Source of the DNA: Candidatus Micrarchaeota archaeon
GTDB taxonomy: Archaea > Micrarchaeota > Micrarchaeia > Anstonellales > J096
Assembly: GCA_026982895.1 (NCBI GenBank)
Contig: JALWQW010000030.1
Span: 14,115 to 78,114, forward strand
Reading direction: 5' to 3'
DNA: 64,000 bases
The translations under genes and the position numbers were made by a program. The notes beneath the pieces are model-generated. The model was not told where the DNA came from. It was given only the letters and a program-made list of their open reading frames with translations, and did not search any database. Positions 38,929 through 47,790 of the stretch are shown here, in pieces (within the stretch, counting starts at the first letter, position 1; every line of letters begins with the position of its first letter).

Positions 38929-39484
38929 TTACTTCTTTTACTTTTTTTAGCTGCTCTTCGATTTCTTCCCTTAACGACGGATTATAGAGAGCAGCGGCCG
39001 GATGATAAGCAACCATTAGATACTGCTTCCCAAACAATGTGCTAAAGGGCAGAAGTTCGCCCCTTACCTGGGAGGGCTTCTTTTTGACACCATACTTTTC
39101 AAGGAGATAACCGCCGCTGTGCCTACCAAGGGCAACGATTACTTTTGGCTTCATTAGAGATAATTGGATGTCAAGCCAAGGCGAGCAGAGAGCTTTCTCA
39201 TTGTCTGTTGGGTCGCGATTGTTAGGAGGACGGCATTTTACTATGTTTGTTATATAAACTTCTGAACGAGGAAGGCCTATCTTATCCAATATACTGTTCA
39301 AAAGCTTCCCAGCTCTACCGACAAAAGGCTTTCCTGTCAAATCTTCTTCTCTGCCCGGCGCTTCCCCTACAAATACAACCTTGGAATTTTTAGGCCCTTC
39401 ACCAATAACTTTTTGAGTGCAGGTTTCATAAAGGGAGCACTTTTGGCACGCCTTTATAGATTCTTCTAATTCTTCCCAATTCAT
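38918..39484 (-). CDS. udg: uracil-DNA glycosylase family 4
   Basis: CQKCSL, VGEAPG, PFVGRAG, KCRPPNNR, YHPAA; start at MNWEE. Confidence 0.95.
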   Translation of the reverse strand: MNWEELEESIKACQKCSLYETCTQKVIGEGPKNSKVVFVGEAPGREEDLTGKPFVGRAGKLLNSILDKIGLPRSEVYITNIVKCRPPNNRDPTDNEKALCSPWLDIQLSLMKPKVIVALGRHSGGYLLEKYGVKKKPSQVRGELLPFSTLFGKQYLMVAYHPAAALYNPSLREEIEEQLKKVKEVIKN

Positions 39485-39488
39485 AACA

Positions 39489-40163
39489 TCACTCCACAAA
39501 AAATTCATGGACTTGGCGCGTCCATTTGCAGTACTCACATCTCGGCGACGGAGATGGAATATTAGGACTTTTGAGCACATCCAAGACTTCTTTAAAGAGG
39601 GCCTCGCCCCTTTCAGGCAGGACTTCGATTTTTTCTAATTTTGTCGAGAAGGTTATATGTCCTGTGTTAGACAAGCCTATGGGCCAAAAGAAAAGTATAT
39701 ATGCATAGGGAGAAACATCCATGCCGTTTTTATGGAGGAGAAAATTGTAGAGCTCCATCTGCCTCTTGTATTGGGCATAGACCTGTGTATTGGAGTTGCC
39801 CTTTGTTTTATAGTCGAGAACTGCTATCTTGCCTTCGACAAGCAACAAATCATCGACGGCTCCGAAGAGGATATTGCCTTCATCATCCTGCCATCTCAGC
39901 CCTCTCCTACTGTCTCTCCACACCTCCAGCTTTTTTATATCAGGAAAAAGCGAGGCTTTGCCATCCAAACTTGACAGCTCGGGAGGGAGCTCCCTTCTAG
40001 CCCTAAAAGCGTCGAATTTCTGCTTGAGTATTCTATCTATACCTGAAGGCAAAGTCGGGAAAGGGGATGGCGGCCTGCGAATGCCTTTATTAAAGAGAAG
40101 CCAAAAGCAGCGAGGACAATCGAAATACAAGCTTATCGAGGAGGGAGATAATTTGAAGGGCAT
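39489..40163 (-). CDS. PD-(D/E)XK nuclease (AddB/Cas4-like)
   Basis: LSPSS...CPRCFW, GAVDD, LDYKT, QMELY, CEYC. Confidence 0.88.
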   Translation of the reverse strand: MPFKLSPSSISLYFDCPRCFWLLFNKGIRRPPSPFPTLPSGIDRILKQKFDAFRARRELPPELSSLDGKASLFPDIKKLEVWRDSRRGLRWQDDEGNILFGAVDDLLLVEGKIAVLDYKTKGNSNTQVYAQYKRQMELYNFLLHKNGMDVSPYAYILFFWPIGLSNTGHITFSTKLEKIEVLPERGEALFKEVLDVLKSPNIPSPSPRCEYCKWTRQVHEFFVE

Positions 40164-40235
40164 ACTGGCTTAAAGGCCGAAGGAATTAAAAGGCTAATCG
40201 GAAAGGTTAAAAAGGAACATACTCAAAATAAAACT

Positions 40236-41753
40236 ATGGATGGCGAAGATAAATTTGCTGTTAAGTTAGGGAGGAAAGAGATAAAATTCACAAATGACGA
40301 ATACGATGCTTATAACATGGGAAGAAATTTGTCAGAAGAAAGAGGAATAAAATTAAGCACTGCAGCGTGGCAGCTCATAGGGCAAGGCATAAACGGAGAG
40401 CGTAGAATTGTAGCTCTCGGCTTTGAAGGAACGCGTAACGGGCAAAGTGCTGAAGAAAGAGCTCAAAAAGCGGCGGAATTATTAAGAGATATAGGTTTCC
40501 GCGATGTAAGGATTACGAGCGATAAAAACGGCAAGCACTTCGATGTTGTGGCTAAAAAATTCGATATAGGCACATTCAAGAGAAGATACGCTGATTGGAA
40601 GAGGCGTACAGAAAAAACATACACAGCAAGCGTATTCACAGGCATGGAAAGAGCGGGATTGAAATTCAACGGAAGTTATGGTTATTTCCAAGATATATTG
40701 ACAAGGGACGCAGAAGAGTCTGCAAGAATGATGTGGTTCAATTACAAGGATAAAAATAAAGCAGAAGATATGCTAAAACAGTTGAAAAAGGCAGGTATTG
40801 TTGAGAATTACGCCTTTCAAGAAGTAGGTGGCTCGAAACAAGTGCTTGTAACCTTTTCAAATCCACATAGAAAGACAGTGCGAGGTAAAGTTAAGACAGG
40901 CTTCACAACACAGGAATACAGTGAAGTTGTACATCTCAGCGAGGGAGAATATATAAATAATCTAAATGAAAGGCTGAAAAAATTTAAAGGGAAGAGTGTG
41001 CCCTTTGTCAAGCCAATGAAGACAATAAATATGCCAGCGGCGAATATAACTATCAATGAAGAGAAGAAAAAACGCGTAGTTAAAAAATCAACACCCTCTA
41101 GAAAAACAAATGTGAAACCTGCTGTTAAAATTGCCGCCAGAAAACCGAGCACTAAAAAAAGGCAAGTGGGAAGCACAAAGAAAAAACCTGGCAAGAAAAC
41201 AAATGGATTCGGCATAGATGTAAATTTAAGTGATTTAGGCCCTGATGAGGAGGAGATAGATAAAATGTTAGAGCAACAAGGACAAATCAATAAAAAGAAG
41301 AGAGTACCTGAAGGACTATACAAAAGAAGAGGAGGTGCTGTAGAATCAGCAGATATCGGCAATTTAAATATAGGGCCTGGAAAAAGAATAAATCTAAAGA
41401 AGAATATAACACGAGTAGAGAGCAACTTAGAAGATAAAAAATTTAATCCAATGGTGAAAAATAAGGGATATTTAACATATGTTAGTGGGAAAATTATAGG
41501 CGATTTGAATAAAGCGGGAATTAATGGCAGCGCTCTTAAAGGCGTTACAATACAAGGCACAGTAGGTAATGATGGGCATTTTAAAAACTTAAAAATACAT
41601 GTTAACATAGTCGCGCCTGAAGGCAAAGAAAAGGAAGTAGAAAAAATAAAAAAGAAGTGGGAAAAGGAAATGCGCCAAACCATAATGAAAAATTGGGTAT
41701 TTGGCAGTGATCATTATGGAGATAAGATTAATGAGAGTTATGGCTTCATGTAA
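40236..41753 (+). CDS. hypothetical protein (505 aa) with Lys-rich linker
   Basis: Long ORF with BRE/TATA-like upstream element; C-terminus loosely TonB-C-like. Confidence 0.75.
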   Translation: MDGEDKFAVKLGRKEIKFTNDEYDAYNMGRNLSEERGIKLSTAAWQLIGQGINGERRIVALGFEGTRNGQSAEERAQKAAELLRDIGFRDVRITSDKNGKHFDVVAKKFDIGTFKRRYADWKRRTEKTYTASVFTGMERAGLKFNGSYGYFQDILTRDAEESARMMWFNYKDKNKAEDMLKQLKKAGIVENYAFQEVGGSKQVLVTFSNPHRKTVRGKVKTGFTTQEYSEVVHLSEGEYINNLNERLKKFKGKSVPFVKPMKTINMPAANITINEEKKKRVVKKSTPSRKTNVKPAVKIAARKPSTKKRQVGSTKKKPGKKTNGFGIDVNLSDLGPDEEEIDKMLEQQGQINKKKRVPEGLYKRRGGAVESADIGNLNIGPGKRINLKKNITRVESNLEDKKFNPMVKNKGYLTYVSGKIIGDLNKAGINGSALKGVTIQGTVGNDGHFKNLKIHVNIVAPEGKEKEVEKIKKKWEKEMRQTIMKNWVFGSDHYGDKINESYGFM

Positions 41754-41806
41754 TCGGCGAGGATAACATAGGTTTTTAAACATTGCTCTCATATAAAGAG
41801 AGTATT

Positions 41807-41900
41807 CCCGCCGTAGCTCAACGGTAGAGCGCCCGGCTGTAGTTTGCCACTGCTATAAGCGGTCACCGGGAGGTTGGGGGTTCAAATCCGCCCGGCGGGA
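41807..41900 (+). tRNA. tRNA-Tyr(GTA) with 22-nt intron at 37/38 (41843-41864)
   Basis: Acceptor CCCGCCG/CGGCGGG+A, anticodon GTA 41839-41841, TTCAAAT T-loop, BHB helix CTGT/GCGG. Confidence 0.95.
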
Positions 41901-41996
41901 TACATATTTTTATTCCAAATAATCTCTAAAGAGTAATCATATATGTTTTTTCTCCAAGAAAAATAAAGAGATAAAAATAAATCACTTAAAAATAGG

Positions 41997-43490
41997 TTAC
42001 TTCCTTCTCTTAGCAAGCGCCTTGCTTTGCTTTACAAGTTCGCGTATCTTCTTCTTCGTCTCTTCGAGCTCCTTGGCTATTTTCTCCTCAGCATCTTCTA
42101 GGTTTTCTAGTTCTTCAGTAGCTTCGTCGGCAACATTGGAAAGCGCCTCCATATATTCATCCAACGCCGCCTTCTCAGCCTCTTCTAAAACCTTGCTAAG
42201 CTCTTCCTTGCTGCTCGTAGCTTCTGTCTTAACCTTTTTCATCTTGTCGAGATAATCTTTAAGCACTGAATCCACTTTGCCTTCAACATCTTCAAGCTGT
42301 CGCAATTTAGCATTCAGCTCCTTGAAGCTCTTCTCTTTGGCAGAAAGGAATTCCTGCATAACCTCAAGGTGGTCTTCAATAATGTCCTTTTCCTTGCGCA
42401 ACTTCTTTAAATTATCAGTCTGCTTCATAAGCTGGCTTGCTAAATTATCGATCTTAGCAGAGACTTGAGATATAGCCGCTTCTAAAGCGCTCTCCTCTTC
42501 GCTTATTGTCTTCAAAAGCTTTTCGCTCCTGTCAAGCTCAGTCCTGTACTGCTTAATCATATCTTCCGTCGAGGAGATGTCCTTGGAAAGTATTCTCTCC
42601 TTCTTCTTTATCTCATCCTTAACAGCGTCAATGTCAGCCCTTATATCACTTTCCACTTTATCAGCTTCTTTAATGAGATGGTTAAGCTTCTTTTCCATCT
42701 CCGCCAATGTATCATAAACATTCTCGACATGAGGGCCAAATTTCTTCAATTTTATAATGCGCTCCTCCAAATCCAAAACTGCATCGATAATAGCGTTGAG
42801 CTTTGCCTCGCTGCTCTTCAAGACCTTGTGTGCTTTGACCTCCAATAAAAGCTTTCTCTCCTTCTCAAGCTCAGCCATGCGCTTCCTAAGAGCCTCGACT
42901 TCCTTTGCAATAGACTTCAAATCTTCCAATTCAGCAGAGACATTTACAGCCTTTCTGCGAGGCCTCACCTTGGGCCTTTCAACTGCCTTCTCGACGAGCT
43001 TCTTCTTAGGTTCCTCTTCAACTTCATGAACCCCTTCTGCTTCTTCGATGACTTCCCCCCTCTCCTCGCTCTTGGGCTCCTCTGCAACCTCTTCTGCCAG
43101 GATAGCCTTCTTTTCCTCAACGGCTTTTTCTTTCGAGAGGCTTGGCCTCTTGCTTTTGGTAGGTTTCAGCCTGTTCTCCTCCAAGCTAACCTCCAAAGCC
43201 TTCTCAGCACTCTCGATGACCTTCTCTTCAGGCACTCTTATAGCCTCTTCGCCGCCTTCAGAAGAAGATTCGTCAATATTTTCCAAAAGCCAATGGACAT
43301 AAGTTTTTGTGAGCTTGTATTCGAGCTTGATATAACCCTCCTGCTCAAGGATGGTGAGCCACCTCTTAACGACGATGGGGCTCATACCCAAATCCTTGCT
43401 TATCTCTTCAACAGTTGTTTTGCCTTTTTGGGATATGTATTTGACTAACCTATCTACATCCGTATTAATGGAGATGTCCTCCATTTCCAT
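41997..43490 (-). CDS. winged-HTH plus long coiled-coil protein
   Basis: N-terminal TVEEISKDLGMSPIVVKRWLTILEQEGYI; acidic linker; ~300 aa of heptad pattern. Confidence 0.8.
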   Translation of the reverse strand: MEMEDISINTDVDRLVKYISQKGKTTVEEISKDLGMSPIVVKRWLTILEQEGYIKLEYKLTKTYVHWLLENIDESSSEGGEEAIRVPEEKVIESAEKALEVSLEENRLKPTKSKRPSLSKEKAVEEKKAILAEEVAEEPKSEERGEVIEEAEGVHEVEEEPKKKLVEKAVERPKVRPRRKAVNVSAELEDLKSIAKEVEALRKRMAELEKERKLLLEVKAHKVLKSSEAKLNAIIDAVLDLEERIIKLKKFGPHVENVYDTLAEMEKKLNHLIKEADKVESDIRADIDAVKDEIKKKERILSKDISSTEDMIKQYRTELDRSEKLLKTISEEESALEAAISQVSAKIDNLASQLMKQTDNLKKLRKEKDIIEDHLEVMQEFLSAKEKSFKELNAKLRQLEDVEGKVDSVLKDYLDKMKKVKTEATSSKEELSKVLEEAEKAALDEYMEALSNVADEATEELENLEDAEEKIAKELEETKKKIRELVKQSKALAKRRK

Positions 43491-44013
43491 TATTTATCGC
43501 CTCTTCTACAACCTTCCAGTTCCCACTGAGCTTCCTGCTGGCTTTTCTCAAACCAGTGAGGGCAAACTCACGGAACTGAGAGTAAGTATAAATAGTGACT
43601 ATGGGCTGCCCCTCTCTAACGAGAGCCGCTCTGCCTGTCGGCTTTCCAAAAGCCCTGCGCATACCCTTCTGAATACGGTCCGCTCCTGCACCGCTAACCA
43701 TCTTGTTTTCTCTTATTATGTGATGTGGATATACACGAATAAGCAGAAGGTATTTTCCAGATGTCTGTTTATCCATCACACGATTTATTGCTATACGAGC
43801 GCTCTCCAAGGCATTATCCCTATGATAGAAAGTCTGCCTAGCCACGAGGTGGAATGCAACCTCATAATCGGGCAAAACCTTACCCACCTGCAAATGGTGG
43901 AGGTGCTTGTGGGGATCTACCTTTATGTAGTTCTTCGTCATGTTGCGCCTACTCTTCCTAGTATATGCTCTCTTATCGGGATCACGAATACTTCTTGCCG
44001 GTCTCAAAGCCAT
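43465..44013 (-). CDS. rpl10e: 50S ribosomal protein L10e (uL16)
   Basis: ALESARI, RVYPHHIIRENKM, AGADRIQKGMRRAFGKP. Confidence 0.97.
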   Translation of the reverse strand: MALRPARSIRDPDKRAYTRKSRRNMTKNYIKVDPHKHLHHLQVGKVLPDYEVAFHLVARQTFYHRDNALESARIAINRVMDKQTSGKYLLLIRVYPHHIIRENKMVSGAGADRIQKGMRRAFGKPTGRAALVREGQPIVTIYTYSQFREFALTGLRKASRKLSGNWKVVEEAINNGNGGHLH

Positions 44014-44100
44014 AATTTCACCTTTCCTATATTTTTAGACATACAGCTTTTAAATATGTTTGTCCCAACCAAACCAAAAGGCTCGATAGGGGTAAGCGTT

Positions 44101-44652
44101 ATGGAAAGAACATATTATAAAGGTTTCCTTTTCATCGCAGTTATATTGCTATTCGTAGTTTTGCTCAGCGCGGGCTGTATAAGAAAGCCAGAAGATACAC
44201 TAAAAGAAGACTGCAGCGCTTATCCTAAGGATGTGCAGCCAAACTGCTATTATGAACAGGCGATGGCCCACGCTATGAAAAACGATGCTAAGGAAGCTGT
44301 AGCCAAATGCACTAAAATATACAATGCCTCAAAATCAACGGGCGTAAAGGATTGGCTAAAGAGGCTTTTCCAAACATCGACCATTGAATATTATAACGAC
44401 TGCATCAAAAAAGTGGCGTACTTTACCCAAAACAAAACCATATGCAAGAATTCAGTTAATATAGGCCTTTGGCAAATGCTATTGCCTAAAACAGCAAACC
44501 AAGAGGATAATTGTGAAGAGTATGTAACAAACCAAAAAGACAACGAAGAGCGCATGATAAAAGACACCGTCTCAAATTTCTATGGAAAATGGCTGGGTAT
44601 AAGCACTACAGGCTCAGGCAGTTCTGGAAAGAGCGACGATGAGAAGGATTGA
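44101..44652 (+). CDS. putative lipoprotein with Cys pairs
   Basis: MERTYYK + hydrophobic helix + SAGC lipobox-like motif; real part of ORF 43351..44652. Confidence 0.75.
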   Translation: MERTYYKGFLFIAVILLFVVLLSAGCIRKPEDTLKEDCSAYPKDVQPNCYYEQAMAHAMKNDAKEAVAKCTKIYNASKSTGVKDWLKRLFQTSTIEYYNDCIKKVAYFTQNKTICKNSVNIGLWQMLLPKTANQEDNCEEYVTNQKDNEERMIKDTVSNFYGKWLGISTTGSGSSGKSDDEKD

Positions 44653-44787
44653 TAGGTACAGTGTATGGCCCCAAAATTATTTGATATTAGAACTTGAGAG
44701 ATATAAAGGGTTTAAGAATTCGGCAGATAATCCCTGCAAAGCCGCATAAGAGAAAGCTTTAAAAGGCCAATCCTACGAAAGAAGGTT

Positions 44788-45498
44788 ATGGTAAATGTAA
44801 ACATCTTTATAAGCCAAGAAGCCAAGACATTGAAGCTGAAAAACCCTGTTTTGTTGGTAGGTTTTCCTTCTCCAGGCCTGGTAGGCAGCATATCTGCAGT
44901 TCATCTCACAGAAGGCGACGACTTTAAGCTCGTCGGTTACATATGGGGAGATAACTTCGCTCCAGTGGCGGCTGTTCATGATTATTCGTTGATGCCGCCT
45001 GTGAGGATAATGGCATCCGAAGAGAAAAACTTGATAGTTGTGCTATCCGAGATAAGCATTCCATTATCTGCAACAGCAAAGGTTGCCGAGGCTATCGTAG
45101 AGGTTGCCAAGAAATTCAAAGCAAAGGAGATTGCCGTTATGTCCAGCATAAACGAAACAAGCAAGAGCGCATACTATTCAGCAAACAGCCCGGACATGGA
45201 GAGAAAATTAAAGCTCGCTATAAAGAGCGTTAAAATGAAAGAGGGGGCAATAAGCGGTGTCGGACCGTTGGTTATGATAAAAGCCACAGAGAGAAAGATG
45301 CCTGCTTATATCCTCATGGTGCCCTCTATGAGCAGTGGAGCAGATGCCAAAGCCAGCAGTAGAGTGCTTAAAATGATAAGCAATATTTATGACATAAAGA
45401 TAGACACATCCGAACTAGATAAAGAAGCTGAAAAGCAGGAAGGCCTGAGCGACATAGAGGAAGAAAGCACTTTTGGCAAGGCGGGCATGTATAGGTAA
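44788..45498 (+). CDS. PAC2-family proteasome assembly chaperone
   Basis: LLVGFPSPGLVGSI, PPVRI, GAISGV, IDTSEL. Confidence 0.88.
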   Translation: MVNVNIFISQEAKTLKLKNPVLLVGFPSPGLVGSISAVHLTEGDDFKLVGYIWGDNFAPVAAVHDYSLMPPVRIMASEEKNLIVVLSEISIPLSATAKVAEAIVEVAKKFKAKEIAVMSSINETSKSAYYSANSPDMERKLKLAIKSVKMKEGAISGVGPLVMIKATERKMPAYILMVPSMSSGADAKASSRVLKMISNIYDIKIDTSELDKEAEKQEGLSDIEEESTFGKAGMYR

Positions 45499-45499
45499 T

Positions 45500-46642
45500 T
45501 CATTTCTTTTTTCTCCTTTTTTTAGCGACGCGCGGCTTCGTTTCTTTTCTTGAGCGTCTAGAAGTTATCGACTTTGAGGCTTTGCCTTTAGCTCCTTTGT
45601 GAAAGTATAAGAGGTATATGAAAACGCCCATATTCACAAGCATAAGAGGTAAGAAGGCATTGCCGACTATATCCTTATCGAGGAATTCAACCGCTTTACT
45701 CCCTATAATAAATGTGAGCAGCGAGACAAACAGAGAGAGGAATACGCCTTTGGTGGTTAAGTTGTCCTTCACGAGTTTAAGTTCAGCCACAAAGGAAGTA
45801 ATGCCTGCCGAGAATAGAGCAAGGAAAAATAAGAATAGCAGTGGAAGGCCGCCAGCAGACATGAGTGCTTTTGAAAGAGCGGAGAATGCTACAAATACGC
45901 CCGTGGAATTCCCTACAAAGGAGAAAACGACAAAAGCCGACAAAACAGCAATGGTCGTATCGGCCAATGCAACTATGAATGCGATATGCCAAGGATTAAA
46001 GCGCTTGTGCATGTAGCCAGCATATGTGTATGTCATGCCAGCTCCGACGCTGAGAGAGAATAAAACCTGCGATATGGCCACTAAAAAGGTTTCGAGCAGG
46101 CTATGGTTTTGAACGGCTTTGAGCTGCCAAAGGGCAGGAAGCTTACCGAAATCGACTGTCGAAAAGAATAAATAGAGAAGCAAAATAATAAGCAAGCCCA
46201 TGAAAACATCATTTAGCTTCTCTATGGCGGAGATGCCCTTGAATAATGCATAGATGCCCAAAGACCAAACAAACAGCCACGCCAGTACATCCAAAAAAGG
46301 CAGCGCCAAAAATGAAAGGGCTGATGTGAGTGCTTTGGCAGTTACAACGGAATAATAAGAGGAAATAGTGAATATCAAAATAGCAGAGGGCAGATAAAGA
46401 TGCTTGATTGAAAGCTTTTTGTTGAATAAATCACGAAGAGGTTCCCTAAACCTCTCAGCCAAGCTAAGCTCGATATATATTAGAGGCACGCCGAGGACAA
46501 AGGCAAGCGCGACATAGAAGACGAAAAACGCACCGCCAAAATCCAAAAGCAAATAGGGAAAACGCCAGATGTTGCCCAAACCAACAGCAGACGCTACTAA
46601 TGCCACAATAAATGCTACACGGGAGCTCCATCCACCTCGCAT
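45500..46642 (-). CDS. sodium-dependent transporter (NSS/SNF family)
   Basis: SAVGLGNIWRFPY, SYYSV, QVLFSLSVGAG. Confidence 0.92.
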   Translation of the reverse strand: MRGGWSSRVAFIVALVASAVGLGNIWRFPYLLLDFGGAFFVFYVALAFVLGVPLIYIELSLAERFREPLRDLFNKKLSIKHLYLPSAILIFTISSYYSVVTAKALTSALSFLALPFLDVLAWLFVWSLGIYALFKGISAIEKLNDVFMGLLIILLLYLFFSTVDFGKLPALWQLKAVQNHSLLETFLVAISQVLFSLSVGAGMTYTYAGYMHKRFNPWHIAFIVALADTTIAVLSAFVVFSFVGNSTGVFVAFSALSKALMSAGGLPLLFLFFLALFSAGITSFVAELKLVKDNLTTKGVFLSLFVSLLTFIIGSKAVEFLDKDIVGNAFLPLMLVNMGVFIYLLYFHKGAKGKASKSITSRRSRKETKPRVAKKRRKKK

Positions 46643-46716
46643 AAAGGCGTTTTAAGGCAAGGGTTTAAATAACTACTTAAATTCTGCTGAGGGCTTCGAA
46701 GGTGAAATGGTTGAAT

Positions 46717-47376
46717 TCACTCAGCTCCTAAAAGAGCAGGAATAAGTGCAGCAGATATAGCAACGCCAGCCAAAAAGCCTGTGAAAAAGCGAATTAGGTT
46801 GCTACTTTCCCATGAGGTGAAAAGCTGCAAAGTCCCATCTAGGATTAATGGTAAAATTAATATAACAAAAACGATGAAGGAAAGACGAGAAACCCTCTTA
46901 TTTTTTAGGATTAAAGGCAAAAATGCCAGCGCCGTTAAGAACATCGCTAGGTAAGTAGCGAAGTCGCGGGAGCAGACGGCGAACTTAAAACCTTCTTTGC
47001 CCGATGGAAAACATCTAGCTACTTCAGCCCTCATTCTTCCCACATCAGCCTTTGAGAAGTGGAAAAAGCCGGAGTAGGGTGTAGCATTCGTGTAGCGCGT
47101 CTCGACGAAGCATTTATTAGAGGTTATGCAGTTGCCGAAGGGGAAGGTTGCGTTGGGGAAATAACAGAAGCTTCTCTCGATATATTGATGGCAGAGAGGC
47201 TTGTAGAAATTGTATAGGGTTGAGGCTGCTCCATTATTTCCCTGGGCTGCAAACCATGGTGCTAAAACAGTGCCTATGAATAGAAAGAATGATAAAACAG
47301 CATAAAGACCATATAAAATAGTCTGCCTAGACGAGTAAAGCGATTTCGCATCAGAATTTGTATCAGTAGAGGGCAT
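46717..47376 (-). CDS. DUF2085 membrane protein
   Basis: LCHQYIERSF, AVCSRD, LDGTLQ, SSNLIRFFTG. Confidence 0.88.
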   Translation of the reverse strand: MPSTDTNSDAKSLYSSRQTILYGLYAVLSFFLFIGTVLAPWFAAQGNNGAASTLYNFYKPLCHQYIERSFCYFPNATFPFGNCITSNKCFVETRYTNATPYSGFFHFSKADVGRMRAEVARCFPSGKEGFKFAVCSRDFATYLAMFLTALAFLPLILKNKRVSRLSFIVFVILILPLILDGTLQLFTSWESSNLIRFFTGFLAGVAISAALIPALLGAE

Positions 47377-47441
47377 AAAGGAATTATTGAATAAAAGCTT
47401 ATAACCTTACCGCCATCCTTCGGATAATTGAAAAACGGGAG

Positions 47442-47747
47442 TTACAAACATAATATAGTCATAGCTAATAGTAATTCTCCTCTAACATTAGCCCCTTTAG
47501 CGAAAGGATTGCTCAAAGCGACGCCCCTTTCAACGAACAATAAAAGGGCATCTCCAGCGGTTTCCTTCAGGTTAGCATCTCCATTGAGCACAAGGTCAGT
47601 CAATACGTTAACAAAGCTATCGTGCAATCGCGAGCCGAGGAACTTGTTGGGCTTCTCACTTTGCCTTTCTTCTAAAGGCACGGCAGCTCCCTTTTGCCGC
47701 TTGCTCTTCTTCTGCCCTTCTTTTCTCCTCAGTTGCTTCTTCGTCAT
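47442..47747 (-). CDS. short paralogue of the adjacent HEAT-like repeat protein
   Basis: Shares PLxERQxE, one helical unit and LxNPF...ELLLAMTxLCx with 47791..49254; homologous promoter. Confidence 0.75.
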   Translation of the reverse strand: MTKKQLRRKEGQKKSKRQKGAAVPLEERQSEKPNKFLGSRLHDSFVNVLTDLVLNGDANLKETAGDALLLFVERGVALSNPFAKGANVRGELLLAMTILCL

Positions 47748-47790
47748 TCTTTTCGCCTGTGAATTTTGGGAAGGTAAGGCTTAAAAGCGG

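Noticed and set aside
39489..40163. CRISPR-associated Cas4
   Set aside because: No cas1/cas2 or array nearby; treated as a solo PD-(D/E)XK nuclease
40817..41683. 288-aa minus-strand ORF rich in Phe/Leu
   Set aside because: Antisense of a Lys-rich plus-strand gene; the same applies to most short overlapping ORFs in the track (e.g. 34039..34743, 27996..28424)
43351..44100. 5' part of the 433-aa plus-strand ORF
   Set aside because: Antisense shadow of rpl10e and the coiled-coil gene; only the portion from ATG 44101 looks like a real lipoprotein
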